Source: an uncultured Candidatus Binatia bacterium (GTDB lineage Bacteria > Desulfobacterota > Binatia > UBA9968 > JAJDTQ01). From it: DNA of 64,000 nucleotides. Below the pieces are notes generated by a model, which saw only the letters and a list, made by a program, of their open reading frames with translations, was not told the origin of the DNA and did not search any database. Every line of letters begins with the position of its first letter. The stretch's first letter is position 1. Positions 17,230-26,533 of this stretch are shown here, piece after piece. Position numbers and translations under genes: made by a program. Where the stretch lies: contig OZ243916.1 of NCBI GenBank assembly GCA_965213675.1, positions 1,152,001-1,216,000 on the forward strand, written 5' to 3'.

Positions 17230-18102
17230 TCAAGCTACAAAATGGCGGCGCGGCAGGAACCGCGTCCGCAGGCTGCCGCGCGGACCCGCGACAACCGAGA
17301 CGATGTAGACGCCCCCGGCGACCAGGATGATCGCCGGTCCGGACGGAAGATTTACGTGGTAAGAGAGCAGCAGTCCCGCATACGCGGAAGCGAAGGCGAT
17401 GGCGCTGCTCGCGGCCGCGAGCGTCGCAACTTGACCCGCCCAGAACCGCGCGGCCGCGGCCGGGAGCATCATCAACCCCACCGCCATCAGGGTACCGAGC
17501 GCGTGGAACCCGGCGACGAGGTTCATGACGACCAACACCAGAAACACGAAGTGAACGGCGGCGCCGGGGCCACCCACGGCGCGCAGGAAGCCGGGATCGA
17601 AGCACTCGACGATCAATCCGCGTCCGATGACGGCCAGGGTGAAAAGAGTCAGCGTCGCGATGGAGACAATGAGCAGCAGGGACGCATCGTCGACAGCGAG
17701 AATGGTTCCGAACAGCACATGCATGAGATCGACGTTGCTGCCGTGTGTGGAGACGATGAGCACCCCAAGCGCCAGCGAAATGAGATAGAAGGCGGCAAAG
17801 CTGGCATCCTCGCGTTGAGGGGTCACACACGCCACGAGACCGGACAGCCCCGCCACGACCAAGCCCGCGATGAAGCCGCCGAAGCTCATGACGACGAGGG
17901 AGAGCCCGGCGACCATGAAACCAACGGCCGCACCCGGCAGCACCGCGTGGCTCAAGGCATCCCCGACGAGGCTCATGCGGCGCAGAACAAGGAGCGTGCC
18001 CGCCGGGCCGCAGCCGAGGCTGAGCGCCAGGCAAGCCGCCAGCGCCCTGCGCATGAAGCCGAACTCGATGAAGGGCTGGATCAGGGCGGCATGGATGTCC
18101 AT
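17230..18102 (-). CDS. Zn/Mn ABC transporter permease
   Basis: RRMSLVGDALSHAVLPG, PSGPAI. Confidence 0.92.
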   Translation of the reverse strand: MDIHAALIQPFIEFGFMRRALAACLALSLGCGPAGTLLVLRRMSLVGDALSHAVLPGAAVGFMVAGLSLVVMSFGGFIAGLVVAGLSGLVACVTPQREDASFAAFYLISLALGVLIVSTHGSNVDLMHVLFGTILAVDDASLLLIVSIATLTLFTLAVIGRGLIVECFDPGFLRAVGGPGAAVHFVFLVLVVMNLVAGFHALGTLMAVGLMMLPAAAARFWAGQVATLAAASSAIAFASAYAGLLLSYHVNLPSGPAIILVAGGVYIVSVVAGPRGSLRTRFLPRRHFVA

Positions 18103-18845
18103 CAGGCAACGCCTCGCCAGCAGACCTCGGCACGGTCATCCCACGCCTCCGCCATCTGTCGCGCCTGGAAGAGATGTTCTGCCCGCAGAACCTTGGGAGT
18201 CGCCCCCCAGCCAATGGGCTCCCGGGCAATCAGCAGGGTGTCGGGAAAACTCTCTCGCACCTGCTCGAGGTCATGCAGCACGGCGATGATCGTTCGTCCT
18301 TCGCCGTGCCATCCCATCACCACCCTCAGAAGGTCGGCCGTGGTCTTGGCGTCGATTGCCGTGAAGGGCTCGTCGAGCAGAATGACAGGACAGTCTTGCA
18401 ACAGCATGCGGGCAAACAAGACCCGTTGAAACTGCCCGGCTGACAGGGAGGCAATCGGCCGTCGACCGAAGCCATCGAGACCGACAGCCACCAGCGCTTT
18501 CTCCGCTTGCCGCCGCAGGGTACGCGTGATTGGGCGGAACAGACCGGTCGTGCGCCAATGACCCAGCAACACCGTTTCGATCACCGAAATCGGGAAACTG
18601 CGGTCGACCTCTGCCTGCTGGGGCAGATAGGCAATGTCGCTCTGGCACAGGCCGTTGCGTTCCAAGTGGCCCTCAAGAGGCGCCAGGAGACCGATCAGTC
18701 CCTTGAGCAAGGTGCTCTTGCCTGATCCATTGGGGCCGACCAGCGCCGTCAACGAACCGGTTGCGAAGCTGCCGGTCAGGTGATGCACGGCCGGATGGCG
18801 GTCGTATCCCAGGGTGACGTCGTGGAGGGAAAAGGCGGTTGTCAC
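18102..18845 (-). CDS. Zn/Mn ABC transporter ATP-binding protein
   Basis: GPNGSGKS, LSAGQFQR, LDEPF; GTG start in a GTGA overlap. Confidence 0.9.
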   Translation of the reverse strand: MTTAFSLHDVTLGYDRHPAVHHLTGSFATGSLTALVGPNGSGKSTLLKGLIGLLAPLEGHLERNGLCQSDIAYLPQQAEVDRSFPISVIETVLLGHWRTTGLFRPITRTLRRQAEKALVAVGLDGFGRRPIASLSAGQFQRVLFARMLLQDCPVILLDEPFTAIDAKTTADLLRVVMGWHGEGRTIIAVLHDLEQVRESFPDTLLIAREPIGWGATPKVLRAEHLFQARQMAEAWDDRAEVCWRGVA

Positions 18846-19003
18846 GGCAGCCACCCCATCGCCCAGGCCGCGGCAACCCACAGCAGGGTCGCGAGGGTAC
18901 CAGCGCAAACAAGTTGAACGGCCACGCCACTGTCTAGAGGCGAGACGGCACGTCCGAACCGCGCCTCTCCCGCGGAGCCATTGACTCTGATTGGCCTACG
19001 CAT
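18842..19003 (-). CDS. Small membrane peptide at the head of the metal ABC operon
   Basis: Single hydrophobic helix (GTLATLLWVAAAWAM); stop overlaps the ATPase GTG. Confidence 0.5.
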   Translation of the reverse strand: MRRPIRVNGSAGEARFGRAVSPLDSGVAVQLVCAGTLATLLWVAAAWAMGWLP

Positions 19004-19164
19004 TGATAGGAAAAACCGGCGGTCGCCGCGATGATACATCGAGATTCGAGTTTTCCATGGGATACCCTCTCCCCCGTTCAGGCCGGGCCAGCCGCGATGC
19101 AAGTCCTGCGAGGGTCCTCGAACTCGGCCGACGCCCCGCATGGTTTCTCCTTCTGATCTGAGGC

Positions 19165-19198
19165 ATTATTGATAAAATATTATCATTAAGCTTGTCAA
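19165..19198 (-). promoter_or_regulatory. Sigma70-like promoter with overlapping Fur-family (Zur-like) operator
   Basis: AT-rich patch with inverted repeat TGATAA-AATA-TTATCA (19170-19185) next to TTGACA on the minus strand, upstream of the Zn operon. Confidence 0.6.
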
Positions 19199-19439
19199 GC
19201 ACCCCCTGACGGTCTCGCCGTCACCTCCAACAAGCCCGGGCCATGAATCAAAAGGGTGCGTCGGCGGACAATCCACGAGTGGATCGCGGGAACGGCCACA
19301 CGATGGGACCCTGCGGAGACGATCGATGGATGCTGCCGATGCGACGGGGCGGTCGAAGACATCTGCCACCGAAACCCGGCGGGAAAGGAACCAAAGGAAG
19401 GTTGAGAAGGCAGAGGAGCCTATGGGGAGCCAAGACACT

Positions 19440-19560
19440 TGCGGCAGCCAGCGGCCATTACCGCCAAGAACCGCGCCCAGCTCCGCTCCCGGCCAGAGCC
19501 GATCGCGCAGCGCGGCCAAAACGCCCTTGCTGCCGTTGGGCACGTGGGGCTCGTCGGCGC
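19440..19560 (-). pseudogene. 3' fragment of an amidohydrolase paralogue of 20203-21183
   Basis: DEPHVPNGSKGVLAALRDRLWPGAELGAVLGGN versus DEPHVPDGSKGVLAALRDRFWPEAELEGVLGGN. Confidence 0.85.
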
Positions 19561-19631
19561 CCTCTTCGCTTGCCTTTGGACGCTGATGGCGGGACTGTCA
19601 GGTGATTACCGTCTCAATACTCAACAGCGTC

Positions 19632-19759
19632 TTCAGGCCGACGGCTGTCCCGCGTTCCAATCGAGCATCAACTCGTGACGCGACGCCGCCGGGGTGCCGT
19701 CGAGATGGACTGTCGGAACCTCGGCCTGGAATCTGGCCCTTCTGACTTCGCGCTCCGGG
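19632..19759. repeat. 128-bp direct repeat, copy 2 (orphan 3' end of the CmcJ-like gene)
   Basis: 125/128 identical to 1377-1504. Confidence 0.95.
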
Positions 19760-20196
19760 GGATGTCTTGAAGTGACATACCTCCGCATTGGAGACCTTGG
19801 ATATCCAGCGCCGATGGACCCTTGGGACGACTAATCGGCAGGTGAGAAAGAGCACCGGCATGACCGAGTTGCGGCCATATGTGAGCGCCCTCAATCGTGG
19901 CACGGCTGACCAAGGAATGTATCGCCCGCTGATCGGTATGAGATCCGAACACCAGATTCCCGGGCTTCTCCGGATAGCGAGGATCACCCTGTACCTCACC
20001 AATGATCGATACCGCTACTCCGCTTTCCGCCCACCTCTCGTAGAGTCGGATCTGGGCCTCGGTGGGATCACCTTGGCCGTTCCCAAGCGAATCCGACATG
20101 GCTGACTTTGCCAGTCGATTTTTCAGGATTGCGCCACAAGGAAGTTCCAGGGAGCTTCGAAGTACCTTGTCGGGATTTGAGGTCTCACGCTCCAAG
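19760..20196 (-). pseudogene. 5' fragment of an NADH:flavin oxidoreductase (old yellow enzyme family)
   Basis: LELPCGAILKNRLAKSAMSD...LYERWAESG...WPQLGHAGA, truncated at the repeat junction. Confidence 0.82.
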
Positions 20197-20202
20197 GTTC
20201 GT

Positions 20203-21183
20203 TCACTCAGGCGCTTGCAGTAGCCGGCAGGCATTGCCGCCGAGAACTCCCTCAAGCTCCGCTTCCGGCCAGAAGCGATCGCGTAGCGCGGCGAGGACGC
20301 CCTTGCTGCCGTCGGGCACGTGGGGCTCGTCGGTGCCGTAGACGAGGCGGTCTGCACCGAAGGTGGCGCGGGCGCAGTCGAGGGCCGGACCGGAAAAGGT
20401 GACGGTGTCATAGTAGCATCGGCGCAGGTACTCGCTCGGCGGACGCAGGCATTTCTCGTAGCGGCGGTAGCCCCGGTCGATGCGGTCCAGCACCATGCAC
20501 AGGCCGCCGCCGCAGTGGGACCAGACGACGCGGACGTCGGGGCACTCTTCGAGCACGCCGCCAAGGGCCAGCTTGGCAGCCGCCATGGCGGTCTCGCCAA
20601 GGTAGCCCACGGAGAGATACTCGCCCCGGTCGTTGGCCGGGCCGCCCATGGGGAACGTCGGGTGCACCAGCACCAGCAGGTGGCGGCGGTGGGCCTCGCT
20701 CCAGAACTCCCGGAGTTCTGGAGCGTCGAGGGTGTGGCCGCCGACGGTGGTGGTGATGCAGGCGCCGACGGCTCCCAGACCCTTGGCCCGGTCCAGCTCG
20801 TCGACCAGCGCGACGGTGCTCGTGAAAGGCAGCGCGGCGACGAAACGGAAACGGTCCGGGTGCTCCCGACAGACCGCCGCCAGGCCATCGTTGACGAGCC
20901 GCGCGGTGGCCGGGCCGGTCCAGCCGGTGTCGAGGGCGCCAACGGACAGCACTTCGACCTTGACGCCCGCCTCGTCCATGGTCCGCAGCCGGCTGGTAGC
21001 ACCGGCTTCGAAGGGCGCGGACATGGTGTGGCTCCCGCGGCAGGTGAGCGACAGCCCGCGTCCGGACCGGACCAAGGCGAACTCGGGCTTGGCCTTCAGC
21101 ACCTCGTCGAAGCAGCCGTCGGGATAGACGTGGGCATGCATGTCGACGATGTCGCCGGGTGCAATACGACGATTGTCTGTCAC
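20203..21183 (-). CDS. Amidohydrolase_2 family protein (ACMSD-like decarboxylase/hydrolase)
   Basis: DMHAH, LVHP, SHCGG, YYDT, GTDEPH. Confidence 0.88.
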   Translation of the reverse strand: MTDNRRIAPGDIVDMHAHVYPDGCFDEVLKAKPEFALVRSGRGLSLTCRGSHTMSAPFEAGATSRLRTMDEAGVKVEVLSVGALDTGWTGPATARLVNDGLAAVCREHPDRFRFVAALPFTSTVALVDELDRAKGLGAVGACITTTVGGHTLDAPELREFWSEAHRRHLLVLVHPTFPMGGPANDRGEYLSVGYLGETAMAAAKLALGGVLEECPDVRVVWSHCGGGLCMVLDRIDRGYRRYEKCLRPPSEYLRRCYYDTVTFSGPALDCARATFGADRLVYGTDEPHVPDGSKGVLAALRDRFWPEAELEGVLGGNACRLLQAPE

Positions 21184-21270
21184 CGCCGTGTCCTCACACC
21201 GGCCCTCCCCTTCGGTCCGATTCCATTACTCGTCCGAACCAGAGCTGACAGTTTTCGGGTATCGGCGCGC

Positions 21271-21516
21271 TCAGCCCTTCTCCGCGGTATCCATCAACTC
21301 CAGCAGGTAGCCCGGTTTGAGGGGTAGCCGGGTGACCTCCACCCCCCCTGGGCGTGGGAGACGGCGTTGGCCAGGGCCGCGCCCGCGGCGGCGCTGCCGC
21401 CCATGACCGTGGAGCGGCTGGCGTTGCTGCCGTTGCCGTAGGGCACCTTGGCGGTATCGCCGTGCACCACCCGCACCTCGTCGATGGCAACGCTCATCTC
21501 GTCGGCGACGATCTGG
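21271..21516 (-). pseudogene. Internally deleted fragment of a xanthine dehydrogenase/CoxL-type Mo-binding subunit
   Basis: QIVADEMSVAIDEVRVVHGDT...GSNASRSTVMGGSA joined directly to the C-terminal ALANAV...VTRLPLKP. Confidence 0.8.
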
Positions 21517-21533
21517 CAAGGGCGGGGTTACGG

Positions 21534-21655
21534 ATGAAGAAGACCACACTTGGGGCGTTAGTCGCGCTGGCGTTCGCGTTTCTCGTACTCGCCGCATCGA
21601 CGCAGGCCGCGGTGACGCTGAAGGTCCGCACCTGCCTGGTCAAGACCCACGATCA
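21534..21655 (+). pseudogene. 5' fragment of a dctP paralogue
   Basis: MKKTTLGALVALAFAFLVLAASTQAAVTLKVRTCLVKTHD resembles the N-terminus of 9570-10556, including the upstream TACGGATG. Confidence 0.8.
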
Positions 21656-21732
21656 CTCGTTCATACGCACGCGCAACGCCTTGCTTTCCCCCGCCCGTCA
21701 ACCTGTTCCGGAACCGTGGGTGACTTCTCGCA

Positions 21733-22965
21733 TCACGCGGTATGGCGTCGTGGCGGGCTCTTGACGCGGCGCCGGGATCGTTTCTTGTACTGGAGATACC
21801 AGTCGTAGATGCGGTCGGCCACGGCGTCCTTGCTCATGAGAGGGAGCGGAGTGGCGGCGCCATCGCGCTCCAGCAGCGTGACCACGTTGGTGTCCACGTC
21901 GAAACCGCTTCCCTCCTGGGTGACGTCGTTGGCCACCAACAGGTCGAGGTTCTTCTTGTCGAGCTTGGCGCGGGCGTTGGCGAGCAGGGACTCGGTCTCC
22001 GCGGCGAAGCCCGCCACGACCTGGTGGCGCTTGCGGGCGGCCAACTCCGCCACGATGTCGCGGTTGGGCACGAACTCCACACTGAGGGCGCCAGCGCCGC
22101 GTTTCATCTTCTGCGTGGCGGGCGCGCGCGGCCGGTAGTCGGCCACCGCGGCGGCCATGAATACGGCGGTGGCGCTGTCGAACTCCGCCAACACGGCGGC
22201 GCGCATCTCTTCGGCCGTCACCACGGAGACCGTCCTGACGCCGGTGGGCGGTGCCAAAGCCACGGGACCGCTTACCAGCGTCACCCGGGCGCCGCGCCGC
22301 GCCGCCGCCCGCGCCAGCGCGTACCCCATCTTCCCGGACGAGCGATTGGAGAGGTAGCGCACCGGGTCCAGCGGCTCCCGGCTCGGACCCGCGGTGACCA
22401 CAATGTGCTCGCCCGCGAGGTCCTTGGGCCTGAGCAGCGCGCGGATCTCCTCGACCAGGGCCGGCGGCTCCGGCAACCGGCCCTTGCCCTCGTAACCACA
22501 CGCCAGGGAGCCCGATGCGGATTCCATGACGTGATACCCGGCGCTTCGCAGCTTCGTCAGATTGGCCTGCACCAACGGGTGCGCCAGCATGTGCACGTTC
22601 ATGGAAGGCGCCACCAGCAGGGGCGCCTGCGTGGCCAGCGCCACGGTGGTGAGCAGGTCGTCGGCAATGCCCGCAGCGAGCTTGCCGACGATGTTGGCGG
22701 TGGCGGGGGCGATCACCAGCAGGTCGGCGCTGTCCGCGAGGTTGATGTGGCCAATGTCGGATTCCTGGGTGAGGCTGAAAAGGTCCGTGGCCACGGGCGC
22801 CCCGGAGAGGGTCTGGAAGCTCAACGGCGTGACGAACCGGGTGGACTCCCGAGTCATCACCACCCGGACGCTGCACGAGTCCTGGACCAGCAGCCGCACC
22901 AGCTCGAGCGCCTTGTAGCACGCGATGCCCCCGGTCACGCCCAGGACGATGTTCGGCTTTTCCAC
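21733..22965 (-). CDS. coaBC: Phosphopantothenoylcysteine decarboxylase/ligase
   Basis: GVTGGIACYK, APATAN, PSMN, LACG, TAGPSREPLDPVRYLSNRSSGKMG, GFAAET. Confidence 0.97.
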   Translation of the reverse strand: MEKPNIVLGVTGGIACYKALELVRLLVQDSCSVRVVMTRESTRFVTPLSFQTLSGAPVATDLFSLTQESDIGHINLADSADLLVIAPATANIVGKLAAGIADDLLTTVALATQAPLLVAPSMNVHMLAHPLVQANLTKLRSAGYHVMESASGSLACGYEGKGRLPEPPALVEEIRALLRPKDLAGEHIVVTAGPSREPLDPVRYLSNRSSGKMGYALARAAARRGARVTLVSGPVALAPPTGVRTVSVVTAEEMRAAVLAEFDSATAVFMAAAVADYRPRAPATQKMKRGAGALSVEFVPNRDIVAELAARKRHQVVAGFAAETESLLANARAKLDKKNLDLLVANDVTQEGSGFDVDTNVVTLLERDGAATPLPLMSKDAVADRIYDWYLQYKKRSRRRVKSPPRRHTA

Positions 22966-22979
22966 GTCTTTCCTTGCCG

Positions 22980-23144
22980 CTCGTGTGGTGTCTGGTTAAT
23001 TCGCGTCATAATCTGCGGAGGATTTTTTGTCGTCGGCAAGGCGTGATGACGAGCAGTGGCGGGTACCACGCGAGGAAGAGCAACGCAGCCGACGGCGAAA
23101 AAGACCCGCAGATTATGACCCGAATTAACCAGACACCACACGAG
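22980..23144. mobile_element. MITE-like palindromic element with long terminal inverted repeats
   Basis: CTCGTGTGGTGTCTGGTTAATTCG(C/G)GTCATAATCTGCGG at both ends in inverted orientation; 165 bp; no transposase. Confidence 0.75.
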
Positions 23145-23272
23145 TGTTGCGTTTCGGAACCCAAGGTATCCCATGGGCGGGCCGTTTTCAAACCGGACGC
23201 GGCGGAAACCCGGCTTGCTTTCAAGGGCCGCAATGCTATTCTCTCCGAATATCCATCGCTTCACCGCAATCC

Positions 23273-24019
23273 ATGAAAACACTACGCCTGCCGCTTCTGC
23301 TCGTGCTGCTCCACCTGAGTTTCGCTCAATCCGTGGCTTCTCAGGAGCCCCCCGGACTCCCGCCGGAGGGTCCCCCGGCTGTCCGCGAGTTGCACACGCG
23401 CGACCAGCATTACGACCGGCTCGAATGGTTCAACGAAAGGATGTTCAAATTCAACAGCACGTTCGACCATTTCGTGTTGAAACCCGTTGCCCTGACCTAT
23501 GCCGTCATCGTCCCCGCGCCCGCACAGCAGGGTATCCGCAGGGCCGTCGGCAACCTCGACGTGGTCCGGAAGGTCGTCAACAACACGCTTCAGGGCAGGC
23601 CCCTCAGCGCCAGCCGGGAAGTCGCCCGCTTCGTCATCAACAGCACCGTGGGCGTCGCCGGCCTCTTCGACATGGCCGCGAAGTTCGGACTCGAACCCCA
23701 CGACCAGGACATGGGCATCACCCTGGGCGTCTACGGCTTCAGACACGGCGCCTATCTCGTGCTCCCGTTGTTGCCGCCGACCACCATCAGGGACGGCGTG
23801 GGCATGGCGGCCGACTCGTTCATGAACCCGCTGGGATACCTCGTGCCCGCGTATGTGCCCTGGTCCATCCGGGCGGTGAACATCGTGAACAGCCGCGCCC
23901 TCAATCGCAGGGTGTTCGAGGAACTGGAACGCAGCATCGACCCCTACAGCGCGGCGCGGAACGCGTACCTGCAGATTCGGGAACGCAAGCTCAAGGCGGC
24001 CCGCGCCGCGGGTTACTGA
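23273..24019 (+). CDS. mlaA: MlaA/VacJ family lipid asymmetry protein
   Basis: EWFNERMFKFN, RFVINSTVGVAGLFD, DMGITLG.YG, YLVLPLLPPTTIRD, DPYSAARNAYLQ. Confidence 0.9.
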   Translation: MKTLRLPLLLVLLHLSFAQSVASQEPPGLPPEGPPAVRELHTRDQHYDRLEWFNERMFKFNSTFDHFVLKPVALTYAVIVPAPAQQGIRRAVGNLDVVRKVVNNTLQGRPLSASREVARFVINSTVGVAGLFDMAAKFGLEPHDQDMGITLGVYGFRHGAYLVLPLLPPTTIRDGVGMAADSFMNPLGYLVPAYVPWSIRAVNIVNSRALNRRVFEELERSIDPYSAARNAYLQIRERKLKAARAAGY

Positions 24020-24058
24020 CGTGGCCCGTCATCGGAGTTGAAGCTTCACGATGAAGCC

Positions 24059-25171
24059 ATGAGCAAGCCATCTCTTCTTTCGGGGCGGAAGATCGACCCC
24101 AGACCCATCGACGCAGGCACGAGTATCGTCGATCTCATCGACGACAACTTCGTCTCCTACAACAGCGGCCGTTTGCGGGAGGCGTGCCAGCTCTTCACCG
24201 AGAAGATCCTCGCGGACGACGTCACCGTGGGGCTCAGCATCACCGGGGCACTGACGCCCGCGGGGCTGGGCATGACGGCCTTCATTCCGCTCATCGAGAA
24301 CGGCTTCGTCGACTGGATCGTCAGCACCGGCGCCAACCTCTACCACGACACCCACTTCGCCATCGGCCTCACCATGCACAGGGGCGCCTTCGACGCCGAC
24401 GACGTGGCTCTGCGCGATCAGGGCGTGGTGCGCATCTACGACATCTTCTTCGATTACGACGTGCTCATCTCCACCGACGACTTCTTCCGCGAGATCCTCA
24501 AGGCGCCGGAGTTCCAGAAGGAGATGGGGACCGCGGAGATGCACTACCGCGTGGGCCGCTACCTCGACGAGCGCGAGAAAATTCTGGGCCTGGAGCGCCG
24601 CTCGCTTCTGGCCGCCGCCTACCGGAGCGGCGTGCCCGTGTACACCTCGTCTCCCGGGGACAGTTCCATCGGCATGAATGTCGCCGCCTTGGCCCTCAAG
24701 GGCAACGGACTGCGCTTCGACGTCTCGCGCGACGTGAACGAGTCCGCCGCCCTGGTGCTCGAAGCCAAACGGCGGGGCGGCCGCAGTGCCGCGGTCATCC
24801 TCGGCGGCGGCTCGCCCAAGAACTTCCTGCTCCAGACCGAACCGCACATCCAGGAGGTGCTGGGGCTGGAGGAGAAGGGCTTCGACTACTTCATCCAGAT
24901 CACCGACGCGCGCGTGGACACCGGCGGCCTTTCCGGGGCTACCCCGGCAGAGGCGGTCAGCTGGGGCAAGGTGGACCCGGACCAACTGCCCGATTCCGTG
25001 GTCTGCTACGTGGACAGCACCATCGCCGTGCCGCTCCTGACCGCCTACGCCGTCGGCAAGCACGCGCCGCGCGCGCTGAAGCGCCTCTACGACACGCGCG
25101 ACGAAGCACTGGACCACATCGCCGGCGAGATCCGCGAGAAGTTCGGCAACGTGCCACTGGCGCAGCGCTGA
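24059..25171 (+). CDS. Deoxyhypusine synthase-like protein (probably homospermidine/polyamine synthesis)
   Basis: [46 protein letters not shown]. Confidence 0.9.
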   Translation: MSKPSLLSGRKIDPRPIDAGTSIVDLIDDNFVSYNSGRLREACQLFTEKILADDVTVGLSITGALTPAGLGMTAFIPLIENGFVDWIVSTGANLYHDTHFAIGLTMHRGAFDADDVALRDQGVVRIYDIFFDYDVLISTDDFFREILKAPEFQKEMGTAEMHYRVGRYLDEREKILGLERRSLLAAAYRSGVPVYTSSPGDSSIGMNVAALALKGNGLRFDVSRDVNESAALVLEAKRRGGRSAAVILGGGSPKNFLLQTEPHIQEVLGLEEKGFDYFIQITDARVDTGGLSGATPAEAVSWGKVDPDQLPDSVVCYVDSTIAVPLLTAYAVGKHAPRALKRLYDTRDEALDHIAGEIREKFGNVPLAQR

Positions 25172-25195
25172 CGCCGGGAGCCTGTCGAATCGGGG

Positions 25196-26449
25196 ATGAC
25201 CACGACAAACGCTTCCAAGGCCTTTTTCAGGGTGGTGACGCCGGCCGAGGCGCTGGACACCCTGTGCCGGGTTTCCCCCGTCGGCGCCGAGGCCGTCCCC
25301 ACCACCGAGGCGCGCGGCCGAGTACTGGCGGAAGACCTCCATGCGCAAGTGGATCTGCCCCACTTCAATCGGGCCGGCATGGACGGTTACGCGGTCCACG
25401 CAAGGGACACCTTTGGCGCCAGTCCCGCCCTGCCCGCCTGCCTGCAGCTCGCGGGCAGCGTGGAGATGGGGGAAGAGGCCGCGCGCCGCCTGGGGGCACG
25501 GGAGGCCGTGCGCATCTCCACCGGCGGCATGGTCCCGCCCGGGAGCGACGCCGTGGTCATGGTGGAGCACACCGAGGAGACCGGCGACGGCACGGTGGAA
25601 ATCCACCGGGCGGCCTCGCCTTGGCTCAACGTCATTCAGGTGGGCGACGACATCCGCAGGGGCGATCCCGTGTTCGCGCGGGGCCGGCGGCTGCGCGCCC
25701 ACGACCTCGGCGCCCTCACCGGCATCGGCATCGCCTCCGTGCCCGTATACCGCAAACCGCGGGTGGCCCTCATCTCCACCGGCGACGAGATCGTCGCGGT
25801 GGACACGCATCCCCTGCCCGGACAGGTGCGGAACATCAACCAGCATTCCCTGGCCGGCCTCATCGCCGAATGCGGCGCCGAACTGAACGACCTCGGCGTG
25901 GTGCCCGACGAACCGGAGGCATTGCGCGCCGCGCTGACCCGCGGCCTCGGCTGGGGCGACCTGGTGCTGCTCTCGGGCGGCAGCTCCATGGGCACGCGGG
26001 ACATGGCGGTGGAGGTGATTCGCTCGCTGCCTGACGCCACCCTCCTGTTCCACGGCATCTCCGTCAGCCCGGGCAAACCCACCCTCCATGCCCGAGCCGC
26101 CGGCAAGCCGGTGCTTGGGCTTCCCGGATATCCGGTGTCCGCGCTGGTGATATTCGATCTCTTCGCCGCCCCGCTCATCCGTACCCTGTCCGGCGAGGGC
26201 GCGCCCGCCCCGTACACCCGGCGCCACACGGTCCGAGCCGTGATGGACACCAACGTGTCGTCCCAAACCGGCCGCGAGGACCATGTTCGCGTCACCCTCG
26301 AGCAACGCGGGAAATCGGTCTACGCCGCGCCCCTGCCGAGCAAGTCCGGCGCCATTTTTACCCTGGTCAAGGCCGACGGCATGGTGCGCATCGACCTCAA
26401 TCGCGAGGGACTGGAGCAGGGCGAGGAGGTGGAGGTGCGGCTTTTCTGA
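25196..26449 (+). CDS. moeA: Molybdopterin molybdotransferase
   Basis: MDGYAV, ISTGG, STGDE, SGGSSMG, PGKP, LPGYP. Confidence 0.93.
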   Translation: MTTTNASKAFFRVVTPAEALDTLCRVSPVGAEAVPTTEARGRVLAEDLHAQVDLPHFNRAGMDGYAVHARDTFGASPALPACLQLAGSVEMGEEAARRLGAREAVRISTGGMVPPGSDAVVMVEHTEETGDGTVEIHRAASPWLNVIQVGDDIRRGDPVFARGRRLRAHDLGALTGIGIASVPVYRKPRVALISTGDEIVAVDTHPLPGQVRNINQHSLAGLIAECGAELNDLGVVPDEPEALRAALTRGLGWGDLVLLSGGSSMGTRDMAVEVIRSLPDATLLFHGISVSPGKPTLHARAAGKPVLGLPGYPVSALVIFDLFAAPLIRTLSGEGAPAPYTRRHTVRAVMDTNVSSQTGREDHVRVTLEQRGKSVYAAPLPSKSGAIFTLVKADGMVRIDLNREGLEQGEEVEVRLF

Positions 26450-26533
26450 TACCGTGGGCTGACCCGGACGATCATCCCGCCCAATGTTCCACACAGCCTG
26501 TGTGGATATGACGACAGGAAGCGCTGGCAACCG

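Noticed and set aside
19668-21002. 444-aa ORF as a novel fusion protein
   Set aside because: It is an off-frame read of the amidohydrolase gene running into the OYE fragment and the repeat.
12745-21183. nbaC and the ACMSD-like amidohydrolase as a split kynurenine-pathway operon
   Set aside because: They are on opposite strands 7 kb apart, and the amidohydrolase substrate cannot be assigned from motifs.
24059-25171. Deoxyhypusine synthase as evidence of eIF5A-type hypusination
   Set aside because: Bacterial homologues are widespread and linked to homospermidine synthesis; ordinary.
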